Origin: Minisyncoccota bacterium
GTDB taxonomy: Bacteria > Patescibacteriota > Microgenomatia > UBA1400 > UBA12028
DNA: 64,000 nt
Direction: 5' to 3'
NCBI GenBank assembly: GCA_016211945.1
Contig: JACRHV010000011.1
Location: 787-64,786 of the forward strand
Position numbers and translations under genes: made by a program. Every line of letters begins with the position of its first letter. Position 1 is the first letter of the stretch. The notes under the pieces are model-generated. The model worked only from the letters and a program-made list of their open reading frames with translations. It ran no database searches and was not told where the DNA came from. Positions 37,685 to 47,852 of the stretch are shown one piece after another.

Positions 37685-38392
37685 TCACGCCTTGCGGAAC
37701 TTCTGTTTGAACGTATGAATCACAATCTCTGCCGCTTCGTGCGGTTTATAAAACGTCGTGTTAATCGTAAGATCGTAATATTCCGGTTTTCGCAAATCTT
37801 TGTCAAAATACTGCTTTACAAACTCGCGGCGGTCAAATTCATGTTTTGTCACCACTTCTTTTGCTTTAGCATACGTAAGTCCCTCAAAATCAATCGCACG
37901 TTGGATACATACTTGTGACGGTGCAGTAACGCGCACATGAAGTCCTTGCGCAAAAGGCGTAATAAAGTTTGCTCCACGTCCCAAAATGACTACGTTGCCG
38001 CGATATGCCAAAGATAAAATGACTTTACACAACGCCGTGAAATATGTTACATCAGAGACATAATTTGGATTGATGAGACCTTGGATCAAGTCTTGTAACG
38101 CAGTTCGCCCTTTTTCATCTACTTGATCTAAAACACTTTTCCGCAACTTGGTTGATTTTGCAATTTCTTCGATCAACTCATGATCGTAAAACGTAAAACC
38201 TAATCGCTTCGCTACCTCCTGACCTACAAGTTTGCCTCCACTTCCCGGATCTCGAGCAATCGTAATAAACGGTTTTGAAAAACGTTCGGCAGAAACAAGA
38301 GGCTCGGGAACACTGCGTTGGTTTTCACTCTTGTCCCGAATCTGAAGGGCAGTCATCATCCTGTTCATCAAGGCGCCATATGACAAATCCAT
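37685..38392 (-). CDS. Cytidylate kinase-like family protein
   Basis: ITIARDPGSGG..VG..VA..LG...YD.E, VVILGRGA, YDL.INT. Confidence 0.85.
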   Translation of the reverse strand: MDLSYGALMNRMMTALQIRDKSENQRSVPEPLVSAERFSKPFITIARDPGSGGKLVGQEVAKRLGFTFYDHELIEEIAKSTKLRKSVLDQVDEKGRTALQDLIQGLINPNYVSDVTYFTALCKVILSLAYRGNVVILGRGANFITPFAQGLHVRVTAPSQVCIQRAIDFEGLTYAKAKEVVTKHEFDRREFVKQYFDKDLRKPEYYDLTINTTFYKPHEAAEIVIHTFKQKFRKA

Positions 38393-38432
38393 GCCAAAAG
38401 TATATCGTTCTTCTGCTAAAATACAAGCGAAC

Positions 38433-38504
38433 GCCCCAGTAGGCTAACGGATAGACCGTCGGTCTTCGGAACCGAACGTAGAAGTTCAATTCTTCTCTGG
38501 GGCA
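38433..38504 (+). tRNA. tRNA-Arg(TCG)
   Basis: GCCCCAG acceptor; TCGGT-CTTCGGA-ACCGA. Confidence 0.93.
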
Positions 38505-38505
38505 C

Positions 38506-39390
38506 ATGAATTTTTGCTATATTCGAACATCTGATGATCTTCGCCTTCCGGGCGTGCTTTACGATTGCGGAAGAAAAGATACGCTCGTTGTCTGTATTCA
38601 TGGCATGTCCGGTAATATCCTTGAAAATTACTTTGCAGATGTTTTGGGAAACACACTTACAAAAAACGACATAAGTTTCCTGTATACACATAACCGCGGA
38701 TACAATCATGTCAATGACATCGCAACATCAAAAAAGAAAAAATCCGGGGGATATCAAACAGTGCGTATTGGCGCTACATATGAGCGTTTTACCGATTGTA
38801 TTCTCGACATTGATGCGTGGCTTCAGTTTGTTTATCCATTGGGGTATAAGCGGATCATTTTGATGGGGCATAGTTTGGGCTGTAATAAGATTATCTATTA
38901 CTACAGTCAAAAACTTCCGCGTACCATCGCTGGTATGATTCTTGCTTCTCCAGCAGATATGGTGGGACTCATCACAAAGCGAGAGTATCAATCAAATAGT
39001 TTAGATCTCTATAAAAAGGCGAAAACATACATTGCAGAAAAAACGCCTCGAAAACTTCTTCCATCACTCATTTGGGATTGGTTTACACTCAGCGCGCAAA
39101 CATTTTTAGATCTTTTTTCCGAAAATACTCCCGTTGACAATCTACCGATCTTGCGAAATCCACAGACCTTTGTTCAACTCGCCACTGTTGATGTTCCAAT
39201 CCTTGGGTTCGTAGGAGAGTTTGATGACATTACGATGACAACATTGGAAAAAGATTTAGATTGTATCGAAAAGAAAGCGACACATTGCCCTGCATTTACA
39301 AAGCTCATCATTCCTCAAGCCTGTCATACGTATGACGGTGCTGAAGACGCTGTTGCAGAAACAATAGTGAGCTGGATCCACAACCTCTAA
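38506..39390 (+). CDS. Alpha/beta hydrolase (DUF1749-like)
   Basis: IHGM, NRG, GHSLGC.K, GEFDD, HTY. Confidence 0.82.
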   Translation: MNFCYIRTSDDLRLPGVLYDCGRKDTLVVCIHGMSGNILENYFADVLGNTLTKNDISFLYTHNRGYNHVNDIATSKKKKSGGYQTVRIGATYERFTDCILDIDAWLQFVYPLGYKRIILMGHSLGCNKIIYYYSQKLPRTIAGMILASPADMVGLITKREYQSNSLDLYKKAKTYIAEKTPRKLLPSLIWDWFTLSAQTFLDLFSENTPVDNLPILRNPQTFVQLATVDVPILGFVGEFDDITMTTLEKDLDCIEKKATHCPAFTKLIIPQACHTYDGAEDAVAETIVSWIHNL

Positions 39391-39398
39391 ACACATTG

Positions 39399-39454
39399 TT
39401 GACAAACATTTTCGTCCATTGTAGACTTACTTTTACTCCCCCCATAGGGGACTA
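39399..39454 (+). promoter_or_regulatory. csoR-copA promoter and CsoR-type operator
   Basis: TTGACA-17-TAGACT, then the C/G-tract inverted repeat TACTCCCC-CCATA-GGGGACTA at 39434-39454. Confidence 0.7.
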
Positions 39455-39467
39455 GAAAGAAATACAT

Positions 39468-39734
39468 ATGTTCATGACAAAAACAAAAAAAGAGGATGCG
39501 CTTCACCGGTTAAAAATTGCCCACGGACATCTCGAAAAAATTATCGAAATGGTAGAAAATGATGCGTACTGTATTGACGTACTTACACAAACAAAAGCAG
39601 TCCAACAGGCACTCAAAAAAACTGATGAAGTACTCCTAGAAAACCATCTTTCTTGTTGCGTGGTCGATCACATTAAAGGTGGAAGAGCAAAACAAGCAAC
39701 CGATGAAATTATGAAGGTATTTTCGCAACGATAA
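39468..39734 (+). CDS. csoR: Copper-sensing repressor CsoR
   Basis: RL....GH......M....YC.DVL.Q..AV, ENHL.CCV. Confidence 0.9.
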   Translation: MFMTKTKKEDALHRLKIAHGHLEKIIEMVENDAYCIDVLTQTKAVQQALKKTDEVLLENHLSCCVVDHIKGGRAKQATDEIMKVFSQR

Positions 39735-39752
39735 AAAAATATTTGGAGGCAT

Positions 39753-42005
39753 ATGGCAAATAACACAACCGTAACAATCCCCGTAAAAGGCATGCACTGC
39801 GCAAGTTGTGTTTCGGTCATTTCAAGAACACTTAAAAATATTCCGGGCGTGCAAGACTGCGCTGTGAATCTTGCAACGGAAAAAGCAAAAATCACATTTG
39901 ATTCCGATCAAACATCCATTCAAACGATGAATCACGAGCTTCATGACTATGGGTATACGTTGGAAAATACATCGCAATCTAATCAAGTGTCACACATGAA
40001 TCATGAAGGTAGCCATGCGCATGCTCCACAGTTGCTTATTGTTTCACTCATTGTTTTTACAGTGATGATGTGGGATATCTTGGCTCAAACTTTCTCATAT
40101 ATTCCGAAGAACCCGGTACCATTAGAAACGCAAAATCTCATGCTTTTCCTCATTTCTACCGTCATTATGGCAACAACGGGGACACAATTTATTCAAGCAA
40201 CGTGGCGTTTCATAAAGACCAGAAAAGCAAACATGGACACTCTTATAGGTATTGGAACGGGAACTGCGTATTTATACTCCGCACTCATTACCCTCATTCC
40301 AACCCTTGCAAACACATTACAACTTCCGGAAACCATGTACTTTGATGTCGTCATCGTTGTCATTGGATTTATTGTCTATGGAAAACATTTGGAGGCAATC
40401 TCGAAACAAAAAACTGGCGAGGCATTGCAAAAACTTCTCCAACTCCAAGCAAAAACTGCTATTGTGCTGCGCGGAAAAGTAGAAATCGAAGTTTCAATCG
40501 ATGACGTCCGCGTTGGTGACATGATGATTGTAAAACCAGGAACAAAAATCCCCCTTGACGGTATTGTAGTAAGCGGCGCCTCCGCGGTCGATGAGTCTTT
40601 GGTCACCGGCGAGTCGCTTCCCGTTGACAAGAAAGTGAGAGACATAGTGATTGGTGGAACCATGAATCAACAAGGTATGCTTATGGTTCGTGCAGAGAAA
40701 ATCGGCAAAGATACCATGCTTGCGCAGATTGCACACATGGTTGAGGATGCGCAAACAACAAAAGCTCCTATTGAACGACTCGCTGACCAAATATCGAGTG
40801 TGTTTGTCCCCATCGTCCTTGTCATTGCGTTTGTCACTCTGGCACTTTGGCTCTTTCTTGCCCCGCAGTTCATTCCATTTCAACAGGCCGTGGCATTCGC
40901 CATTACTTGCTTTGTTGGGATTTTAGTCATTGCGTGTCCGTGTGCGCTTGGATTGGCGACACCAACGGCAATGATTGTTGCTGTCGGTCGCGGGGCACAA
41001 CACGGCATTCTCATCAAAGACGCCGAAAGCTTGGAGAAACTACATACTACACAAGTTGTTGTGATGGACAAAACGGGGACCCTAACAAATGGAAAGCCCG
41101 TAGTCACCGACATTGTTCCGGCGAAAAAATTTACACCAACCTATGTTTTACAACTTGCCGCATCGCTGGAACATCATTCTGAACATCCGCTGGCTCGTGC
41201 AATTATGGATCGCGCTACACTAGAAAACACCGCTCCTCTTGCAACCAAACAGTTTTATGCAGCACAGGGGAAAGGGATTACGGGGGTCGTCAAAAACACA
41301 ACATATTTTGCGGGTAATGCTCGGTATCTTGAAGAACATGCGATTCGTATTCCTCAAGAAGTTATGGATTCACCGCTCAGAATTCAAGGAAAAACACCAA
41401 TTTACCTTGCGTCTAAAACGTCATATATGGGTGCGTTGTACATTGCAGACACCGTAAAATCAAACGCAAAACAAGCTGTGGCACGTCTGCACAAACTCGG
41501 AATTAAAGTCGTCATGCTTACCGGAGACATTCCGGAAACCGCACGTGCAATCGCACAAGATGTAGGGATTGATGAAGTTGTTGCACACGTTCTTCCGCAT
41601 GAAAAAGCATTGCATGTTTCACGATTCAAAGAAAAAGGGAAGCATGTGGCCATGGTGGGTGATGGTGTCAATGACGCGCCCGCACTCGCTACCGCGGACA
41701 TTGGTGTTGCCATGAGTACAGGAACAGACATCGCGATCTCCACCGCACAGATTACACTACTTCACGGAGATATTGAAAAACTCGTAGAGGCAATCGCGTT
41801 ATCCAAAAGCACAATGAGCATCATTAAACAAAATCTTTTCTGGGCGTTTTTTTATAACGTCGTCGGCATTCCAATAGCTGCTGGGGCACTATATCCATTC
41901 TTTGGCATTTTGCTCAATCCTATCTTTGCAGGATTAGCTATGGCAATGAGTAGTGTGAGTGTTGTTGCAAACTCTTTACGATTGCGGAATCTCCGCATAC
42001 ACTAA
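39753..42005 (+). CDS. copA: Copper-translocating P1B ATPase
   Basis: [40 protein letters not shown]. Confidence 0.96.
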   Translation: MANNTTVTIPVKGMHCASCVSVISRTLKNIPGVQDCAVNLATEKAKITFDSDQTSIQTMNHELHDYGYTLENTSQSNQVSHMNHEGSHAHAPQLLIVSLIVFTVMMWDILAQTFSYIPKNPVPLETQNLMLFLISTVIMATTGTQFIQATWRFIKTRKANMDTLIGIGTGTAYLYSALITLIPTLANTLQLPETMYFDVVIVVIGFIVYGKHLEAISKQKTGEALQKLLQLQAKTAIVLRGKVEIEVSIDDVRVGDMMIVKPGTKIPLDGIVVSGASAVDESLVTGESLPVDKKVRDIVIGGTMNQQGMLMVRAEKIGKDTMLAQIAHMVEDAQTTKAPIERLADQISSVFVPIVLVIAFVTLALWLFLAPQFIPFQQAVAFAITCFVGILVIACPCALGLATPTAMIVAVGRGAQHGILIKDAESLEKLHTTQVVVMDKTGTLTNGKPVVTDIVPAKKFTPTYVLQLAASLEHHSEHPLARAIMDRATLENTAPLATKQFYAAQGKGITGVVKNTTYFAGNARYLEEHAIRIPQEVMDSPLRIQGKTPIYLASKTSYMGALYIADTVKSNAKQAVARLHKLGIKVVMLTGDIPETARAIAQDVGIDEVVAHVLPHEKALHVSRFKEKGKHVAMVGDGVNDAPALATADIGVAMSTGTDIAISTAQITLLHGDIEKLVEAIALSKSTMSIIKQNLFWAFFYNVVGIPIAAGALYPFFGILLNPIFAGLAMAMSSVSVVANSLRLRNLRIH

Positions 42006-42019
42006 TATGAAGGAGTAGT

Positions 42020-43138
42020 ATGAACCTATGGGCAATATTTTTGACGGGCCTTACGACAGGTGGATTGACATGTCTTGCGATGCAAGGGGGGCTCCTCGCA
42101 GGTGTGATTGCAAACCAAAAGGGAGATGAACTTGCAACTCTAGAGTCGGATAAAGAAGCCAAAAAAGAGGCGAAACGACAGGCGTATATTCGTACCATGC
42201 AGGGCCAATCTCAACTGAAGATTGACCAGCTTGACTGGATGCCGGTCACGATGTTCTTGCTTGCAAAGCTCATTTCGCATACTGTCGTCGGATTTTTCTT
42301 GGGAGCGTTAGGCTCTGTCATTACATTAAGTTTAGAGGTCCGATTGTTTTTCCAAGTGTTTACCGCTCTTTTTATGTTTGCAACCGCGATGAACTTATTG
42401 GAAGTGCATCCAATTTTCCGGTACGTCGTGATTCAACCTCCCAAGTTCATTCAACGTTTGATTCGTGACACAACCAAAAGCCGTGCTGTTTTTACCCCTG
42501 CGCTCCTTGGCTTCATGACCATATTTATTCCATGCGGCGTGACACAAGCCATGGAGGTTCTCGCAATAAATACCGGGAGTCCTATTTACGGCGCGCTCAT
42601 TATGTTCTTTTTTGTTCTTGGAACTTCGCCTTTGTTTGCACTGGTAGGTATTGCAACCGCAAAGTTGTCCGAGTTGTGGAACACGAGATTCCTTCGACTC
42701 GCAGCACTTTCGCTTATCGCAATGACGGTGTACGGATTGAATGGTGTATTAACTGTTCTTGATTCACCTCTTTCACTTCAGCGCCTTGGAAAAAGCATCT
42801 CTAGTATTGGTGAACCGCCCGATTGGTACGGTTCTGCGAATGGACCACAAACTACAGTGACAACAATAAACGGAAAACAACAGGTAAAGATTTCTATTTC
42901 AAGTCGCGGATATTCGCCGACTGAGTTCACTGTAAAAGCCGGAGTCCCTGTCGAGTTACAACTCGAAAGTAATGGGGCGTACTCGTGCGCAACCTCGTTT
43001 ACATTCCGAAAGTTCAATGTGTTTACACAGTTAAAGCCAAATGATTCCAAAACCATTGCGATCACACCGACAGAAAAAGGAAACTTCACCTTTTCATGTT
43101 CGATGGGTATGTATACTGGCGTGATGCATGTGATATAG
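42020..43138 (+). CDS. DsbD_2/TauE-like membrane protein with a C-terminal cupredoxin domain
   Basis: GG..C.AMQGG, FIPCG.TQ, F.LGT.P; C-terminal FSCSMGMYTG. Confidence 0.85.
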   Translation: MNLWAIFLTGLTTGGLTCLAMQGGLLAGVIANQKGDELATLESDKEAKKEAKRQAYIRTMQGQSQLKIDQLDWMPVTMFLLAKLISHTVVGFFLGALGSVITLSLEVRLFFQVFTALFMFATAMNLLEVHPIFRYVVIQPPKFIQRLIRDTTKSRAVFTPALLGFMTIFIPCGVTQAMEVLAINTGSPIYGALIMFFFVLGTSPLFALVGIATAKLSELWNTRFLRLAALSLIAMTVYGLNGVLTVLDSPLSLQRLGKSISSIGEPPDWYGSANGPQTTVTTINGKQQVKISISSRGYSPTEFTVKAGVPVELQLESNGAYSCATSFTFRKFNVFTQLKPNDSKTIAITPTEKGNFTFSCSMGMYTGVMHVI

Positions 43139-43158
43139 AATCGATGTAGGGGAGAAAT

Positions 43159-43398
43159 ATGTTTGATTTTTTAAAGAAGAAAAAAAGCGAGGGCAATGAG
43201 CTCACGTTAAAAATCAAAGGTATGCATTGTGTAAGTTGCAGCCTCAACATTGACGGTGGACTAGAAGAGTTAGATGGCGTGGTAGGCGCAAACACCAATT
43301 ATGCAAAAGCGGAAACACGCGTATTCTTTGATCCAAATAAAGTAGACGAGAAGAAGATTCGACAGACGATACAAGAGCTAGGATATGAGGTGGTGTGA
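43159..43398 (+). CDS. copZ: Copper chaperone (HMA domain)
   Basis: IKGMHCVSC...LGYEV. Confidence 0.88.
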   Translation: MFDFLKKKKSEGNELTLKIKGMHCVSCSLNIDGGLEELDGVVGANTNYAKAETRVFFDPNKVDEKKIRQTIQELGYEVV

Positions 43399-43428
43399 TA
43401 TAATTCCGGAAATAAATAAAGGAGTTGT

Positions 43429-43674
43429 ATGCCAACATTTGTACTAAGAACAGAAGTAGTAGTAGATCTTGCTGGCGAAAGAAAGCTCGGAGATGCTTTA
43501 CGCCCTTTTAGTGCATATTTATTAGATGGGATTGCTTCCTCAGGTGGCAGGGGATCATCGATGGAAGTATTTTATCCACACACCGTTAATCAACAAACTT
43601 TACTCGAAAACTTACGAGCCGCGCTTTCTTCATATCAACCAGTGAAAGAAGAGCCACAGAGCGTAGTAGAATAA
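43429..43674 (+). CDS. Hypothetical protein
   Basis: 81-aa ORF with an AAGGAG SD. Confidence 0.55.
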   Translation: MPTFVLRTEVVVDLAGERKLGDALRPFSAYLLDGIASSGGRGSSMEVFYPHTVNQQTLLENLRAALSSYQPVKEEPQSVVE

Positions 43675-43692
43675 AACAATCGTGTATATTTT

Positions 43693-43769
43693 GGCCCCGT
43701 AGCTCAGTTGGTTAGAGCAGTTGCCTCTTAAGCAACGTGTCGCGCGTTCGAATCGCGCCAGGGTCACCA
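43693..43769 (+). tRNA. tRNA-Lys(CTT), encoded CCA
   Basis: GTTGC-CTCTTAA-GCAAC. Confidence 0.94.
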
Positions 43770-43801
43770 GAGTATTAATATACATACATCGAGGAAAAAA
43801 T

Positions 43802-44095
43802 ATGAACAGTTTCAATATAAGAATTGAGGGTGAAGATGAATGTTTAAGATTAAATGAGGAGTGGGAAGACGGAATAAAAGCCACTATTTTAAGAAAGCTT
43901 GTAGAATCTCAACCAAAAGGTCTTGTCACCACCACGTATGCTACAGGAATAAATCCCACCATTGATGTTTTTGGAACTGTGTTTCAAAATGACATCGAGT
44001 ATGCTCGGAGTATGTCGGTTGCCATTCTCGAAATTCTTAAAGGATTGGGGTTTAACTCTGCTAAAATCACAGAACCAAGCCCTGCAACAGAATAA
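43802..44095 (+). CDS. Hypothetical protein downstream of tRNA-Lys
   Basis: 97-aa ORF with a GAGGA SD. Confidence 0.6.
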   Translation: MNSFNIRIEGEDECLRLNEEWEDGIKATILRKLVESQPKGLVTTTYATGINPTIDVFGTVFQNDIEYARSMSVAILEILKGLGFNSAKITEPSPATE

Positions 44096-44098
44096 ATC

Positions 44099-45058
44099 CT
44101 ATCTCTCCAACGCCTTTCTATACGCATCAAAATGCAACGTTGGTTTTCCCTGCGCATCATAAAAACTAAACTGTGAGAATACGCCCGGCGCCCCGTTGAG
44201 CACAAACGGGGTAACGGCACGCACGCGTGGATCGGACCAAATGTGGTCCACAGCATATCTGTAGTACTGGTAGAGCCAACGCGACGTTTGTTTCGAGTCT
44301 GTCCACCCTGTCTCTGTGATATAAACCGGAAATTCTTTTGCAGTATATTTCCTCAAATACTCCAACTCATACTCAAAACCGCGCAAACTATTTTTTCCTT
44401 TTGCCGTTGGTGCGGCACTAAAGGCGGGGTTGGGATACGAATGTGAGGTCCACCCATCAAGCATGACCAACAACTCATCATTGTCCTTCAGCATGCGATC
44501 CAAAAAAGTAAATGCATCCAGTGTATCTTTGCCGTTTGGCGCGGCGAGATCTAACCCCGCAGGCAGTACAACATACCCAGCAAGTTCGGCATGCAACCAG
44601 TCCGCGGTAAATCGCAACACATATCCATATCCCTCGGGATCTATTGTTCCACCCCATTCATTTTTATGATTTGGCTCGTTAAACACCACCACTATGCGCT
44701 CAGTAGGGATCGGCCATTCCATTCGCGATAATACGGCGGTCATCTCAACAATATCTTTTCTCGTGGGAATCTGCCAAGATCCATCCTGAAACCGCGTGGC
44801 TAATCGCACAATTGGCTGAAACTTCAACTCTCGAGCCTGGTAAAAAAAACGTTGCCACTCAGCCTTCCGTTGAATATCATCAAAAGTAAACGGGATTGTC
44901 ACGTAATCCCATGTATTTTTTGTTTTTTCCGTTTTGATGAGCGCGCTAGCCTTGTCCAACTCGCCAGTATTGAGAATATGGACACCCAAAACTTCCGCCG
45001 CATAGACCGGCCGCACAAACACAATAAAAAACAACATAAAACATATAAAAAATTTCAT
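44099..45058 (-). CDS. Secreted clan GH-A glycoside hydrolase-like protein
   Basis: Signal peptide, VFNEPN (acid/base), SHSYP, YITETGW (nucleophile). Confidence 0.78.
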   Translation of the reverse strand: MKFFICFMLFFIVFVRPVYAAEVLGVHILNTGELDKASALIKTEKTKNTWDYVTIPFTFDDIQRKAEWQRFFYQARELKFQPIVRLATRFQDGSWQIPTRKDIVEMTAVLSRMEWPIPTERIVVVFNEPNHKNEWGGTIDPEGYGYVLRFTADWLHAELAGYVVLPAGLDLAAPNGKDTLDAFTFLDRMLKDNDELLVMLDGWTSHSYPNPAFSAAPTAKGKNSLRGFEYELEYLRKYTAKEFPVYITETGWTDSKQTSRWLYQYYRYAVDHIWSDPRVRAVTPFVLNGAPGVFSQFSFYDAQGKPTLHFDAYRKALER

Positions 45059-45135
45059 CAGCTCCATTGTACCATTGATCTGGAAAACCGCTTGTATTCT
45101 CCAATATCCTACTGCACACAGTAAAAAAATCCAGT

Positions 45136-45798
45136 ATGATGAATACTATGACCAAAATGTTTTTGTGTTTATCGTGGTTTGTTTTAACAACCTTTACCTT
45201 TGCCACAACAACCTCTTTACTCTATGCAACACAGCAAAAACGCATTGTTTTGGTGCAACCATATGCCGCACCCATTACAGCGTCATCTACACAATATCCT
45301 CGAGGAAAATCAGACCAAGGCATTGCAATGATTGTTGAGTCCGGCGATGCCCGAGTCGCGATTGTTGCGTCGTTTCTTGAGCGGTATAAATCTCCACTTA
45401 AGCCATACGATCATTTTGCTCAGTTCATCGTGAGTACTGCAGATCAACATAGCGTTGATTATCGGCTAATTCCCGCCATCATGATGCAAGAAAGCAACCT
45501 CTGTAAAATGATTCCCGAAGGAAGTAATAACTGCTTGGGATTTGGAATACACAAGGGAGGAACGCTTGGGTTTGATAGTTTTGAAGCATCTATTGAACGT
45601 GCAACTCGGGAACTCAAGGCAAATTATATTGACAGGGGCCTCACAACACCAGAGAAAATCATGACGAAATACACTCCACACAGTAATGGCTCTTGGGCAA
45701 ACTCAGTAAACCAATGGATAGCCGAGATGGAGTATAACGATCGAGATCTGGGAAAGACCGAAAAAAGCGATGCAGATCTGACGCAATATGCTAAATAG
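45136..45798 (+). CDS. Exported lysozyme-fold/glucosaminidase-like protein
   Basis: Signal peptide, L..Y.SPL, DYRLIPAI..QES, NCLGFG, KYTP. Confidence 0.7.
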   Translation: MMNTMTKMFLCLSWFVLTTFTFATTTSLLYATQQKRIVLVQPYAAPITASSTQYPRGKSDQGIAMIVESGDARVAIVASFLERYKSPLKPYDHFAQFIVSTADQHSVDYRLIPAIMMQESNLCKMIPEGSNNCLGFGIHKGGTLGFDSFEASIERATRELKANYIDRGLTTPEKIMTKYTPHSNGSWANSVNQWIAEMEYNDRDLGKTEKSDADLTQYAK

Positions 45799-45842
45799 TC
45801 CTATAGTATTGACAATAACGATTTGATGTGTTACCATTACAC

Positions 45843-45915
45843 ACAGATCAGAAGGTTTTCTCCATAAGAGGCTACGTTCTGATTACAAAACCCCCGACCA
45901 AGTGTCGGGTTTTTT
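45843..45915 (+). ncRNA. Candidate small RNA of about 75 nt
   Basis: TTGACA-17-TACCAT at 45809-45837, hairpin ATCAGAA...TTCTGAT, terminator CCCGAC-CAAGT-GTCGGG-T6. Confidence 0.4.
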
Positions 45916-45955
45916 GTATCTTTTTTCCTGATACATGCGGTACAATAGGCCAAGC

Positions 45956-46042
45956 GCAGTGGTGGCGGAACTGGCAGACGCGCAGGGCTTAGAACCCTGT
46001 GTCCTTCAAAAAGACGTGAGAGTTCGATCCTCTCCCACTGCA
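45956..46042 (+). tRNA. tRNA-Leu(TAG)
   Basis: GCAGTGG acceptor; CAGGG-CTTAGAA-CCCTG; long variable arm. Confidence 0.95.
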
Positions 46043-46079
46043 CCTTGAGTTTTCCCGGTCATCTTGTATACTGGCGGCT

Positions 46080-46988
46080 ATGTCAAAAACAACTTCAACA
46101 CCCAAACAAAAAGCGAAAATCGACACACACGACCATCATCACGATCACACCCACGCCCCATCAATTCTTGGAGAAAATGTAAAATTTGAGATCACTATTC
46201 CATGGAAAGAGGTGCAAAAAGCATACGCCCGCGCACTTCAAGATATTGCATCCACCGCCGAACTCAAAGGCTTCCGTAAAGGCAAAGCTCCGCTCAAATT
46301 AGTCGAGGAAAAGGTTGGAAAGACCAAAATATATGAGGAATCTGTCTCAAGAGTGCTGAGTCCAGCTTACACCGAGGAGATAAAAAAGCGGGGGATTCGA
46401 CCCATCGTAGAGCCGCACGTCCATCCCAAATCACTTGAGGAAGAGAAGGATTGGGTCTTCGAGGTTGAGACAGCCGAGGCTCCAGAGGTAAAAGTTGCAG
46501 GATATAAAGAAAAAGTTCTTGAGAAAAAAGCAAAAACAAATATTATTTTACCTGGAAAAGATGAAAAACCAGCAACAGAAGATGAAAAACTTCGCACCAT
46601 TTTCCAGATTTTACTTGAGCATACGAATGTTCGCGTCCCTGAAATTTTGGTAAGAAATGAGACTAGTCAGGCGCTTTCTCGTCTGGTCGAACAGCTTGAT
46701 CGGCTCCATGTCACGCTTGAGGATTATGTAAAGTCAACACAAAAAACGATTGAGTCATTGAGGCAAGAGTATGCGGTAAGCGCGTTGACCTCACTTCAAC
46801 TTGAGTTCATTCTCGCCGAGATTTCAAAAGAGGAAAAACTTGAGGTAACAGACAAAGAAATTGATGATATTGTTGCCGCAATGCCGGATGAAAATCTGCG
46901 TAAAACAAGTCAAATGCCAGGACAACGAGCGTACATCGCATCAACCCTCCTCAGGAGAAAAACTGTGGAGTTTTTGCTGGCGTTGTAA
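46080..46988 (+). CDS. tig: Trigger factor lacking the central PPIase domain
   Basis: GFRKGKAP ribosome-binding motif, then the C-terminal domain (VPE.LV, IL.EI...E.L.VT..EI); only 302 aa. Confidence 0.88.
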   Translation: MSKTTSTPKQKAKIDTHDHHHDHTHAPSILGENVKFEITIPWKEVQKAYARALQDIASTAELKGFRKGKAPLKLVEEKVGKTKIYEESVSRVLSPAYTEEIKKRGIRPIVEPHVHPKSLEEEKDWVFEVETAEAPEVKVAGYKEKVLEKKAKTNIILPGKDEKPATEDEKLRTIFQILLEHTNVRVPEILVRNETSQALSRLVEQLDRLHVTLEDYVKSTQKTIESLRQEYAVSALTSLQLEFILAEISKEEKLEVTDKEIDDIVAAMPDENLRKTSQMPGQRAYIASTLLRRKTVEFLLAL

Positions 46989-47052
46989 TCGGCACATTCC
47001 CCCTGATTTGTCAAGCCTTTTGTGATATAATTCGGCCAACTTAGAGGTTGGT

Positions 47053-47736
47053 ATGGCGCTTACACAGTTAAAACCACCGGGAAATTCGCAACAACAATCA
47101 AATTCTGGTGGAACCAGCAGCAATTTTGCAAAAGCTTTGTTAGAGGCTGGTGGTCATGTTGCGCAGTCAACGGTTGATACTGGTGTTCAGATGGCAAGTG
47201 ATGCGCTTGCATCGTTATTTGGCGCCGGGAGCGGATCCTCACTTCCTTCACAGTCGCAAACAGATGGGCAGTCTCCATTTACTCCGTCTTCGGAAAAACA
47301 AGATACTCCGTTCAACATGGAGCAAAAAGAGGCCGAGTGGAAACAGCACGAACTGCACATGATTCGGCACAGAGAAATCCAGCAGATGGAGGTCTACAAC
47401 GCACGACAAGTGCAGACCGATCGAAAAATCGAGCAACTTTTATCTGAACTTCAAGCCTTGGCAAAAGATTTAGACAAGGCGAACCGCGAGGCCAGAGAGG
47501 CGCAGATTGCGGTGATGCAAGGCGCAGTAAGTGGGGGCGATTATCACGTGACGTTCTTTGAACATTTATTGAAGGTCCTCGTGTTGCTGCGCAAGAGAGT
47601 AAAAGAGTCCACAACCTGGTTGCAGGCATTTAATGCCCGTGGCAAGGCGAAAAAAGGATATTGGGCTCAGTTTGCTTCCAATGGTACGCAATGGGCCATG
47701 TCCGGCGAGCGATCTATTGCGACAAGCGTGGGGTAA
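47053..47736 (+). CDS. DUF5660-like coiled-coil protein
   Basis: G.YH..FFE......, WL, KKGYW....GT......ER..AT..G C-terminus. Confidence 0.6.
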   Translation: MALTQLKPPGNSQQQSNSGGTSSNFAKALLEAGGHVAQSTVDTGVQMASDALASLFGAGSGSSLPSQSQTDGQSPFTPSSEKQDTPFNMEQKEAEWKQHELHMIRHREIQQMEVYNARQVQTDRKIEQLLSELQALAKDLDKANREAREAQIAVMQGAVSGGDYHVTFFEHLLKVLVLLRKRVKESTTWLQAFNARGKAKKGYWAQFASNGTQWAMSGERSIATSVG

Positions 47737-47852
47737 AAATTCTTCGAGTTTTTTGAGATATTGTGGCGATTTTTATCGAAATTTCCTCCTATTTTGAGCA
47801 GTTCTATTTTTGTAAGGGTATTGTAAGAATTGTAGCGTATTGTGAGTGACGT

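Noticed and set aside
39468..43398. Copper operon as a novel system
   Set aside because: csoR-copA-dsbD2/cupredoxin-copZ with a C/G-tract operator is a familiar arrangement.
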